Origin: Escherichia phage ECP2303
DNA length: 64,000 nt
Strand: one strand, 5' to 3'
Sequence record: PP261279.1
Under the pieces are notes generated by a model. That model was not told where the DNA came from. It did no database searches and was given only the letters and a program-made list of their open reading frames with translations. The position numbers and the translations under genes were made by a program. Positions 1-7,798 of this stretch are shown here, piece after piece. The stretch's first letter is position 1, and each line of letters opens with the position of its first letter.

Positions 1-45
1 CACGTGCTTCTTTACGAGTTTTGAAATGTTCGTAGATGAAAATCA
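1..45 (-). CDS. 5' end of a gene running off the left edge of the window (partial)
   Basis: Minus strand reads AGGAGACCAAG-ATG-ATT-TTC... with the ATG at 45-43 and an SD-like GGAGA upstream; it lies directly downstream of the rIIA-like gene. Only about 15 codons are visible. Confidence 0.3.
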
Positions 46-56
46 TCTTGGTCTCC

Positions 57-2039
57 TTATTTGATGTTATTCTTTGTATCAATCAGTTCACGGTATTCAA
101 TCATAGCAGGAGTGTCCCAATATTTCAAGCCTACATGCTTCAAAAGTGGATATTTCTTTTCCAATCTTGCAATATAGGCCTTCCCGCACTTAACCCGGTT
201 GGCGATTAAGATTTTGGCACGATGATTTAGCTCACCGTACTTCCACGTGGTGCTACCTTCCCACTTGTGAAAATGTGGCCGATAACTTCCAAAATCCTGC
301 ATGGGGATAATTTTACCTAACTGTCTGTACAGGCTGTCATATGAAGTTTCATTTGCTGCGCGAGTTAGTAAGAATTTCCAAGCATCCTCTTTCAACAAAT
401 GTTCCACATTCTTCTCTGTAACATATTGGCAATCAGGATCAGTCCAAAGCAGACGAGATTCCGACACCAGGTACAGATCTTCCCCTTCAGGAATCTGGAG
501 TGCCGCACGCACACGGTCATAATCTTGCTGGTAGATGTTGCTCATCTGCCCTAGCCAACAACTTCCGCGTTGGATATCCCCCTCATACGGTATGCAGTGC
601 TTAATCTTCCTGAACTCTGCCTTAGTAATACGCTCACGCCGGAAGTAACCATCCTTCTCAAGTTTTTTAACCCAATAGCCTGGTTCGTAACGGGTTTTGG
701 TTTCACCTTTCTTCGTAGGTCGGCGTGGAAGCTCCGATAACAATTTGACCGTATCTGCAAAAAACGGATGGTGTGCCGCCTCTTTAAACTCTTTCACCAG
801 ATCCGTGTTACGGCAATAGAAAACGTTGCGTCCGGTAATCTCGCTTAAGTAGTTACACTTATTCCGGTTATATTTGCCGTCTCCGTCGTTAAATACTAAA
901 TAAACTCCCCGTAAGAATTCTACCTTTCCGTAGCAGGCGTAACCTATGCGGCCTTTATTTAAGCCGCCAGCGAAGATCTCGCAGTCCCCCAAATTTCCTA
1001 GCCCTGTTTCTTCCCAGCGGTCATACATAAAATTCTTACCGAAGATGTGCCCGAACACTCCACTGTTCTTCATCATCTCGCGTGCTTCTGAGGATGTTTT
1101 TGCTGTCTCCAGTTCTGCAACAACTTCTGCTCCACGAAGGCGAATGCCTTCTTTGACAAAAGCTTCCAAACGCTCTTGGAATCCACCATCGTCGTGACCT
1201 TCTATGGTCCATTCACGCCCTGGGTTAATATTGCAATCTCCGATAGGGATCTCTACACAAATTGCAGGATAATCTATTAGTGTCTCCAGGAACTTAGAAC
1301 GGTAAGGTTGGTGACCCATTACCACACGACTCTCGTCAGAGCTGGTATAACCCTTCAGGATGGTCATTTTCCAACCATCCTTCTCGTAGTGATACTGCGC
1401 CTCAACCTTGTCACCTTCCAGCATCTTACTGGTCATAGGGTCGGTAACGGTAAACGGAAACTTTGCATAGCGTAGGCATGACGCAATAGCAGTGCGATAT
1501 TTCAGGACATGCTCTTTCTTAACATGGAACTGAACTTTTACCCCGTTGTGCTCTTCAGTCTTCCGCTCGCGGATCTTGGTAACGTTTGGGATACCCTGAT
1601 CCAAGAACAATAGATATGTGCTTTCAACACCATTGTGCACACTGATAACATCGAAAGTGTCCACCATGCTGAACGGAGCCTTTGAACCAACACCTTTATT
1701 ACCTACCAGAGCGTTGCTGTTGCGCTTGGTTGACTCCCCGAGGTTCATGAAAGTGTTGCGGACCATCTCTTCTGACATGCCCAATCCAACGTCCTGCACA
1801 AAGAAGTATGGTTCAAGGTCTGTAGGGGAGTGAATGATGATCGGTACATCACCCCGTCCAGACTCAACATGAGAGTCCACAGCATTGAAGATTGGTTCAC
1901 GGCAGCTTGCCAGCACCTTATCTTCGTAAATCCCTTTAATGATTAGCCCAAAAGTCTCTTTGTTCAGAGAAATTGAGCCCCTGGTGACCTCCATATTTCC
2001 GGTTAGTACTGCTTTAGTTTCATTACTGTTTACAATCAT
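57..2039 (-). CDS. GHKL-type ATPase domain protein, rIIA-like
   Basis: 660-aa ORF. N-terminal Bergerat-fold motifs are visible: E-x3-N-x2-D (EPIFNAVD), DxGxG (QDVGLGMS) and a Gly-rich G2 box (GNKGVGSK). Its stop region overlaps the start of the next gene (ATGA). T4 rIIA is known to carry an N-terminal GHKL domain. Confidence 0.6.
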   Translation of the reverse strand: MIVNSNETKAVLTGNMEVTRGSISLNKETFGLIIKGIYEDKVLASCREPIFNAVDSHVESGRGDVPIIIHSPTDLEPYFFVQDVGLGMSEEMVRNTFMNLGESTKRNSNALVGNKGVGSKAPFSMVDTFDVISVHNGVESTYLLFLDQGIPNVTKIRERKTEEHNGVKVQFHVKKEHVLKYRTAIASCLRYAKFPFTVTDPMTSKMLEGDKVEAQYHYEKDGWKMTILKGYTSSDESRVVMGHQPYRSKFLETLIDYPAICVEIPIGDCNINPGREWTIEGHDDGGFQERLEAFVKEGIRLRGAEVVAELETAKTSSEAREMMKNSGVFGHIFGKNFMYDRWEETGLGNLGDCEIFAGGLNKGRIGYACYGKVEFLRGVYLVFNDGDGKYNRNKCNYLSEITGRNVFYCRNTDLVKEFKEAAHHPFFADTVKLLSELPRRPTKKGETKTRYEPGYWVKKLEKDGYFRRERITKAEFRKIKHCIPYEGDIQRGSCWLGQMSNIYQQDYDRVRAALQIPEGEDLYLVSESRLLWTDPDCQYVTEKNVEHLLKEDAWKFLLTRAANETSYDSLYRQLGKIIPMQDFGSYRPHFHKWEGSTTWKYGELNHRAKILIANRVKCGKAYIARLEKKYPLLKHVGLKYWDTPAMIEYRELIDTKNNIK

Positions 2040-2536
2040 TTATTGCGCTCCTTGTAGTAGATATGACTCCCGAACTGAGCTGTCCTCTGCATCTTTTTTG
2101 CCCATTTCGGTCGTACTTTGGTTGTATGGTAGTGTGTTGCTCCACCTGTTATGTCCATAGCCATGTATGCAACATGGTTGTTATTATAGACCTTTAGAAG
2201 CATCTTTGCAAGACTTTTAGCGTGATCCCATGAATCTTTTTCTGTCACCTTAAAAGTTTTGCCGTGGTTTGTCCACGAAAACTGGTTAGGTTGGTAGACA
2301 ATCTTTCTTATGGTGTCTGGGTATTTGGGGTGAGATTTCCTGTTTAGGGTGGCAAACCCAGATGCCAGCATACCCATCGTGCCATCCCCTCTAGCTTCCC
2401 TGTAGATATTGCATGCTAGAATGTTTTCCTTAGTATCTGATGGCTTGCAAGTATGGTATACTTTTTGTTTTGGTGCTGCAACAACAGGCAGCGATAAAAA
2501 TGCGCTCAAAATAATAGCAAAGATCTTAATTTTCAC
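2036..2536 (-). CDS. Secreted cell-wall hydrolase, SleB/Hydrolase_2-like, with N-terminal signal peptide
   Basis: 166 aa. N-terminus MKIKIFAIILSAFLSLPVVAAP is a typical signal peptide. The motifs NIYREARGDG...ATLNRKSHPKYPDTIRKIVYQPNQFSW match the SleB-type cell-wall hydrolase signature. Confidence 0.6.
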   Translation of the reverse strand: MKIKIFAIILSAFLSLPVVAAPKQKVYHTCKPSDTKENILACNIYREARGDGTMGMLASGFATLNRKSHPKYPDTIRKIVYQPNQFSWTNHGKTFKVTEKDSWDHAKSLAKMLLKVYNNNHVAYMAMDITGGATHYHTTKVRPKWAKKMQRTAQFGSHIYYKERNK

Positions 2537-2585
2537 AATAACTCCAAATAGAAAATCCCCGCCGAAGCGGGGGAGGTCTTAGAAA

Positions 2586-2966
2586 TTAATCGTAGTGTGC
2601 CAAAATCTCTCCATCGTTGCAAGTTCCCTCTACAAAGTTATGAAGATTCATGCACTCATCTTGATAGAAGAATTTACCGCTTTTCAGCCGTAAGCCAAAC
2701 AACTCCGCATCTCCACGATGGCAAGCCTCTACAAGTTCATAGATTTCATACGGCAACTCTCCGTCGTCATGGAAGAACCCAGCCTTATCGTTGACATAGA
2801 TGAAGAAATAATCACTGCTGTCGCAAGCGTCCAATATTTTAAACCAGATTTCATCTACATCTTTTTCTCGGATATCGATCACGCAAGTGGAGCTGCATTC
2901 GTACTCCTTCTCCGGCTCCTCGGTCAATACCACCAGGTAGTTTCCCCGCTTACCTACTTTAGCCAT
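2586..2966 (-). CDS. Hypothetical protein (126 aa)
   Basis: ORF co-oriented with its neighbours and followed on the minus strand by a UUCG-tetraloop terminator at 2557-2574. Confidence 0.55.
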   Translation of the reverse strand: MAKVGKRGNYLVVLTEEPEKEYECSSTCVIDIREKDVDEIWFKILDACDSSDYFFIYVNDKAGFFHDDGELPYEIYELVEACHRGDAELFGLRLKSGKFFYQDECMNLHNFVEGTCNDGEILAHYD

Positions 2967-2975
2967 ACAACCTCC

Positions 2976-4160
2976 TTAAGCTTTAGCCAAAATGGCGCTA
3001 AACTCTTCACCAAACTCTTTTACAATCTTCATCAGGTTTGGGTATGCTTTGATCAGCTGAGCAACGATCTTGTCACGACCTTTACCGATAAGCAAGGCAT
3101 TTCCTAAGGCATTAGGTTTCATCATCGCCATAAAGACTGAAAATACAAAATCTCGGTTCTCGTCCTTGAAGTTTTCCCAAAGGAAATCGAGAAAGTTTGC
3201 CACACAGCTAACAAGATCTTCGTCGGAGATACTTGCATTTTCCATCATATTACGAATAGCGATGCAACCTTCAGATCCAAGAATCCACAAGATGTCTGGC
3301 TGTTTAGGACCTACGTATTCTTTGCAACCTCCTGCCATAATCCGACCGATTTCCGGTAAGTTGCGTTTCTTGGTGTGGTAAGTCCAGATCTCTACCGCTG
3401 CAGTGTGACCAATAGCACCTTGCAGAAGAACACGGGCCATAGCGTCAGAAATAATACCGCTGTCAAAATCGTGCAAGATATCAGATGCAGCAACCCAAGA
3501 TCGCGGTGTGGCAAAAGATGGACAATTAATCTCAGCCATGGCCTCATAATTATCGATAGCTGATGGAACTCTTTTCAGATATCCAATTACAGAGGAGTGC
3601 ACCCCATTAAGGAATGCGTAGTCCTCAATAAACACCTCTGCATTGCTTGTAACCTCTACAATGATAAAACGGTTAGCCAGAGGGGCTTCGAGCGCCGAAA
3701 GAACCGCACCATCTGTAGAACGGTTACCAGCAGCCACAAAAACAGACCCCTTAGGGAATGCATAAGTACCGCACTTGTGGTCAAGCATAATTTGCATTGC
3801 AACCTTTTGTAGGTAGTTATCTGCATGAGTGAGCTCATCCAGAAAGATAATTCCGCTCCAGTCAGGATCCGCAGGCCAAAATTCTGGAATTGCAAACACT
3901 GTACGTGTAGTTCCATCCGCTTCTACAGGGATAGGTAGCCCAGATAAGTCGGCAGGATCTTTATCTGACAGCCGCACGTCAACAAGGTTGTCATCTCGCT
4001 CACCGAACATATTATCAGCGATCTGCTTCATCACCTGGCTTTTACCTACACCCATTGGTCCCAAAATTAGGACAGATCGGCTATGACGTTGGGCAAACTG
4101 AATAATAGCTGGCAACTCACGGACAGTGATTTGACCACTTTCGAATACGTTTCTTGACAT
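2976..4160 (-). CDS. MoxR-like AAA+ ATPase
   Basis: 394 aa. Walker A LILGPMGVGKSQ and Walker B IIFLDELTHA in a single AAA domain followed by a C-terminal extension, which is the MoxR/AAA_5 architecture. Confidence 0.8.
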   Translation of the reverse strand: MSRNVFESGQITVRELPAIIQFAQRHSRSVLILGPMGVGKSQVMKQIADNMFGERDDNLVDVRLSDKDPADLSGLPIPVEADGTTRTVFAIPEFWPADPDWSGIIFLDELTHADNYLQKVAMQIMLDHKCGTYAFPKGSVFVAAGNRSTDGAVLSALEAPLANRFIIVEVTSNAEVFIEDYAFLNGVHSSVIGYLKRVPSAIDNYEAMAEINCPSFATPRSWVAASDILHDFDSGIISDAMARVLLQGAIGHTAAVEIWTYHTKKRNLPEIGRIMAGGCKEYVGPKQPDILWILGSEGCIAIRNMMENASISDEDLVSCVANFLDFLWENFKDENRDFVFSVFMAMMKPNALGNALLIGKGRDKIVAQLIKAYPNLMKIVKEFGEEFSAILAKA

Positions 4161-4429
4161 TAGTAAAAGTCCTCTACTTGTGTGTAAGTGTTTTCAAAGT
4201 TTTCCAAAACAGATATCACATCGGATCTGTCAATATCATACGTGACTCTCCAGTTGTACGCAACCCTTTCTGCTGTTGCCTCTTCTGGCGCTAGTCGTCT
4301 GCTGGCATAAAAGAGTGTTGGAGTACACTTTCTTGCTTGCCCTCTAACTTTCCCATAATAATATCTGTGAATATCTTTGTCAAAATTTAACTCTTTTTCT
4401 GCACGAAGTTCATATTGCTGGTATAACAT
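4160..4429 (-). CDS. Hypothetical protein (89 aa)
   Basis: Tightly packed, co-oriented ORF whose stop overlaps the next start. Confidence 0.45.
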   Translation of the reverse strand: MLYQQYELRAEKELNFDKDIHRYYYGKVRGQARKCTPTLFYASRRLAPEEATAERVAYNWRVTYDIDRSDVISVLENFENTYTQVEDFY

Positions 4430-4473
4430 CTCTACTACTCCTTAAGCAGCATCCTTGCCGCCATTCCTGCCCA

Positions 4474-4854
4474 CTAAAATGCAGTCCGAATCCAGACAAG
4501 GTTCTTATCTGCCCAATCATAGAGGCAAGTCATTGCACTATTGAATTGCTCACACGGAGGATAATCTTCTTCCATCTGACGCATAGCAGAGCCTTGTGGG
4601 TAAAGCTCCCGTGCTGCAAACCACGCGTCGTAGTCATCAACGGTGTCGAAGTAGTATACAACATCCTCCAACTCAGGATCGAACTTTGAACTATCAGGAT
4701 CCAGTTGTTCAGGGAACTTGGAGCGTAACTTGCCAGCCACAATACTTGCCAACTCGCTAACATGCTTATTGTCCCACTCCATTAGCTTCCCGTCTTCAGT
4801 GATGCGTCCTAACCACTGATCATGAAGGTCAACTGTTGTCTTCCACCGGGCCAT
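4474..4854 (-). CDS. Hypothetical acidic protein (126 aa)
   Basis: Co-oriented ORF in the early operon; no motif recognised. Confidence 0.5.
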   Translation of the reverse strand: MARWKTTVDLHDQWLGRITEDGKLMEWDNKHVSELASIVAGKLRSKFPEQLDPDSSKFDPELEDVVYYFDTVDDYDAWFAARELYPQGSAMRQMEEDYPPCEQFNSAMTCLYDWADKNLVWIRTAF

Positions 4855-4856
4855 TA

Positions 4857-5114
4857 TCAGTCCACCTCTTCTTCTCGTTGTAGTTCAAGATACCCGTAGG
4901 TCTGGACATCTTCAAGGGTGTGGAACTCCCCATCTGCCGCTAATGCACGAACAACTTGGCACAAAACCTTATGAGGAACTTCATCCAGACCAAGATTCAG
5001 TGCAGGGAACACCTTATCTAAGTCAACAAAATAAATGAACTGTAGCTCACCAGCTTCAAAAGGTGTATCTTCAATAAACATCTTCTCGGCATTAGTCAAG
5101 ATCTGCACTTTCAT
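4857..5114 (-). CDS. Hypothetical protein (85 aa)
   Basis: Co-oriented ORF separated from its neighbours by 0-3 nt. Confidence 0.45.
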   Translation of the reverse strand: MKVQILTNAEKMFIEDTPFEAGELQFIYFVDLDKVFPALNLGLDEVPHKVLCQVVRALAADGEFHTLEDVQTYGYLELQREEEVD

Positions 5115-5491
5115 TATTCTACCTCCTCTTCTTTTTCTTCGGCATTAGTTTCATGGCTACCCCACTCTGGAGTTTCCACCTCGATAGTAAACTCACGCAC
5201 TACACGGTAATTGCCCATGAAGCGCTCCACTTCGTCAAGGCTTATGGAGAGGCCATTGGCAACCAGGTCTGCAGCACCCTCTTCTACCAGGTAGTCCAGA
5301 TTGGCTTCCAGAGCTTCAGGTTCAAACCCTGTCAATGCAATCAGATAACCTTTCCCTTCATCAGGGAGGACAATACATCCCAACTGATTTTCTTTAAAAA
5401 GGCAGTGACCATCATTATTGATTGGGTGTTCATTGCAGTAAATAGCTGCACGATAAGTAACTTTAGACATCGGCAAGGTCTCCTTAGGCAA
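5114..5491 (-). CDS. Hypothetical protein (125 aa) with acidic C-terminus
   Basis: Co-oriented ORF; stop/start overlap with its neighbour. Confidence 0.5.
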   Translation of the reverse strand: MPKETLPMSKVTYRAAIYCNEHPINNDGHCLFKENQLGCIVLPDEGKGYLIALTGFEPEALEANLDYLVEEGAADLVANGLSISLDEVERFMGNYRVVREFTIEVETPEWGSHETNAEEKEEEVE

Positions 5492-5762
5492 TTGTCATTT
5501 TACATTCTTGAAATTTTAACACAAGACGGTGATTGTGTCTAGTGTCTAAAAAGATTTTTTCAACCATCAGGCACACGGTATAACCGTCCATCTTGTTGAC
5601 AACAAAATCTCCAGGGTAAGGGAGAGTGTCCCCTGGGCTGGGAAAGCATAACCCGCTCAGAAAGGCATCATCGGTGGTGGACTTAATGGATTTCCACACA
5701 CTATCTGCCTGAACATTCTCACCAACATAATATACACTACCACATGACTTCATCATAGTCAA
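5484..5762 (-). CDS. Hypothetical protein (92 aa)
   Basis: Co-oriented ORF overlapping both neighbours by a few codons; the true start is uncertain. Confidence 0.4.
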   Translation of the reverse strand: MTMMKSCGSVYYVGENVQADSVWKSIKSTTDDAFLSGLCFPSPGDTLPYPGDFVVNKMDGYTVCLMVEKIFLDTRHNHRLVLKFQECKMTIA

Positions 5763-6657
5763 TCTCCGCGTAAATTAAACTGGAATCAGTATACTTCTTT
5801 AATGGGTAAATATCCTGTCCATAGATGCAATCATTAAACACCTCATCTACCCAAAGGCTACGCTTATATCCCATCATTTCTAAAACACTCATCTCTTCTT
5901 CGGTAAACTTATCACCACTCTTGCAAGATGTCAATACCTCATTTTGAACTCTTGCTACCTCGAATCGGTTATTGGCAATATCGCTATTGGCGATCAAATA
6001 CTCACCTAGAGGGTGTGCGGCATTAAAGATGCACAGTGGACGGCTGACGTAATAGTCTCCGGGTGTATAAAAATTGTTGAGGTCTTTCACTAGAACATTC
6101 TTATCAGTCACTTCATTTATAACATCATGCATATCGCACATCTTTATATGTTTGAGGATTCCATCTCCCATCACAAAATAAAAACTTGCTGAGACACTTT
6201 CGGCATAGATCTTACTAGATCCGTTGTAGTTGTATTTTACTCGGATGCTAACGGGGGTTTTTCCTGTCGCGTTAGCCATCATCCAAAGAAATGGCAGCTC
6301 ATACTTCTCCTCTGAGGAAACAAAAGGTGAGGTAGCCAGAGATCGAAAACCTCCAGAGAAGTTGAAAGTTACAGAACCGCTCCGGCGGTATGATACCGCG
6401 TATTCTACTTTTATATCGACGTACCCATTGGAATAGGTGTGTCCTTCATTATCTAAATATGTCCACTTATCAGACCCAGATACCAATCTACGCTCAATAA
6501 CCTTCATCACTACAGGAATTAGTGGGTTGGTACAAACCGCTTTTGAAGTAGCTTTATCATCTAAAGCCTCGTAAATTGCAGAAAGGATGTCCCCAGCTGA
6601 AAGATTGGTTGTTATGTCCTGTTTCCACCGCGTACTAAAACTGTTAAGATTTGCCAT
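5737..6657 (-). CDS. Hypothetical protein (306 aa); first gene of the leftward early operon
   Basis: ATG at 6657 is preceded by AGGAG on the minus strand and lies just downstream of the TTGACT-N17-TATAGT promoter. Confidence 0.65.
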   Translation of the reverse strand: MANLNSFSTRWKQDITTNLSAGDILSAIYEALDDKATSKAVCTNPLIPVVMKVIERRLVSGSDKWTYLDNEGHTYSNGYVDIKVEYAVSYRRSGSVTFNFSGGFRSLATSPFVSSEEKYELPFLWMMANATGKTPVSIRVKYNYNGSSKIYAESVSASFYFVMGDGILKHIKMCDMHDVINEVTDKNVLVKDLNNFYTPGDYYVSRPLCIFNAAHPLGEYLIANSDIANNRFEVARVQNEVLTSCKSGDKFTEEEMSVLEMMGYKRSLWVDEVFNDCIYGQDIYPLKKYTDSSLIYAEIDYDEVMW

Positions 6658-6697
6658 AAGTAAGTGCTCCTATGTTAGTTTTCTTTCGAATGGGTGC

Positions 6698-6726
6698 ACT
6701 ATATTGTGGAGTTAGAGTAAAGTCAA
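6698..6726 (-). promoter_or_regulatory. Sigma70-like promoter for the leftward early operon
   Basis: Minus strand reads TTGACT (6726-6721), a 17-nt spacer, then TATAGT (6703-6698). An AGGAG-ATG follows about 40 nt downstream. Confidence 0.6.
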
Positions 6727-6733
6727 CACGTTT

Positions 6734-7777
6734 TTGATGTTGACATCTGTTGAGACAATTGATACGATTTCTTCACTTACAGAGCACGAGAGACGACGCA
6801 TGAATCTTGAAAAATATTATACACCAGAAGAGTTAGAGCGCTTGCTCAAAAAATATAGACGCAAACAGAATAACGCACGGAAACGAGATATAGAGTTCGA
6901 CCTGTCATGGGAAGAATACCTCCTATTTGGTAAAAAACTTTTAGGAGATGGAGTATGCGACTATACCCTTATACCTTTTGACATGCACACAGATGAAAAC
7001 GGGCTGGGGAATCCTTTCTACCCATCTTTGGAGCGTATAGATGATGAAGGTCCTTACGCAATTGACAATTGTTGTGTGGTAGGGTTGAGGTGCAATGCTC
7101 TGAAAGACTGTCTGGTAGATAAAAAGACTGCAATCCTGATTAAAGACAAAACTGATCGAAAAATTGTCCAGCAGATGATGCTCCACCTGAGTGAAGAGCG
7201 TATGGAGAAGTTGAAAGGTGATTATACTTTTGAAGATTTCATCTTGCAATACGGGACAGAAGAAGATAAACTAGCACTATTTGACGAAGAGGAAGAAGAT
7301 ATGTCACCGATGCAGGATTTTAAAAATTTCATGGCTGATCGTGCAGCCAACAAACACATTTCAGACATCGTAAACGAGACTGTGACAGAAGAAATTGAAG
7401 AACAGACATCTGAAGAGGAAAAAGAGCCTCAGGTGGTTGAAGAGGAGATTGCAGAAGAGGTTCCTGCACTGCCTGATGATGTTGAGATTGCTAAGGCTTA
7501 CACTTTCTATTGTCAAACGTTCTACGATGCAGGTATGAAAGTTGACCTGTCGTTCAGCCAATTTAAGAGTTCGTATATTCGCAAATGCTGTGCTTTAACT
7601 GGTGAACGTCTCGGAGCTGGACTTAAACCACTGTTGGTGACCGACTGGAATAAAGGTTTCACTAAAGGAAACTTTATGGTAGTATCTCCAATTATGGAGA
7701 AAGCTATGACAGATCTTATGAAGACCACCCGCATGACAATGACCGAGTTGGCAGGTATTTTCAAACACGTTAAATAA
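6734..7777 (+). CDS. Hypothetical protein with acidic Glu-rich region; probable true start at 6800
   Basis: The ORF-track start at 6734 sits inside the promoter -35 box. The first ATG downstream of the predicted transcription start is at 6800 (MNLEKYYTPEEL...). A Glu-rich low-complexity stretch is present. Confidence 0.65.
   Translation: MMLTSVETIDTISSLTEHERRRMNLEKYYTPEELERLLKKYRRKQNNARKRDIEFDLSWEEYLLFGKKLLGDGVCDYTLIPFDMHTDENGLGNPFYPSLERIDDEGPYAIDNCCVVGLRCNALKDCLVDKKTAILIKDKTDRKIVQQMMLHLSEERMEKLKGDYTFEDFILQYGTEEDKLALFDEEEEDMSPMQDFKNFMADRAANKHISDIVNETVTEEIEEQTSEEEKEPQVVEEEIAEEVPALPDDVEIAKAYTFYCQTFYDAGMKVDLSFSQFKSSYIRKCCALTGERLGAGLKPLLVTDWNKGFTKGNFMVVSPIMEKAMTDLMKTTRMTMTELAGIFKHVK
6739..6767 (+). 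promoter_or_regulatory. Sigma70-like promoter for the rightward early operon
   Basis: TTGACA (6739-6744), a 17-nt spacer, then TACGAT (6762-6767). Its -35 box and that of the divergent promoter lie in the two arms of a 7-bp inverted repeat GTCAACA(6722-6728)/TGTTGAC(6738-6744). Confidence 0.55.
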
Positions 7778-7783
7778 TGACAG

Positions 7784-7798
7784 GGGCCATTGGCCCCT
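7784..7798 (+). terminator. Weak hairpin or attenuator between the acidic-protein gene and the VWA gene
   Basis: GGGGCCATTGGCCCC hairpin followed by a short interrupted T-tract. The probable VWA start (ATG 7811, GGAG 7 nt upstream) follows immediately. Confidence 0.3.

Noticed and set aside
301-1197. Plus-strand ORFs 301-522 and 946-1197 and minus-strand ORF 551-760 inside the rIIA-like gene
   Set aside because: They overlap the 660-aa GHKL-ATPase ORF in alternative or antisense frames and are Ser/Arg/Pro-rich, so they are most likely artefacts.
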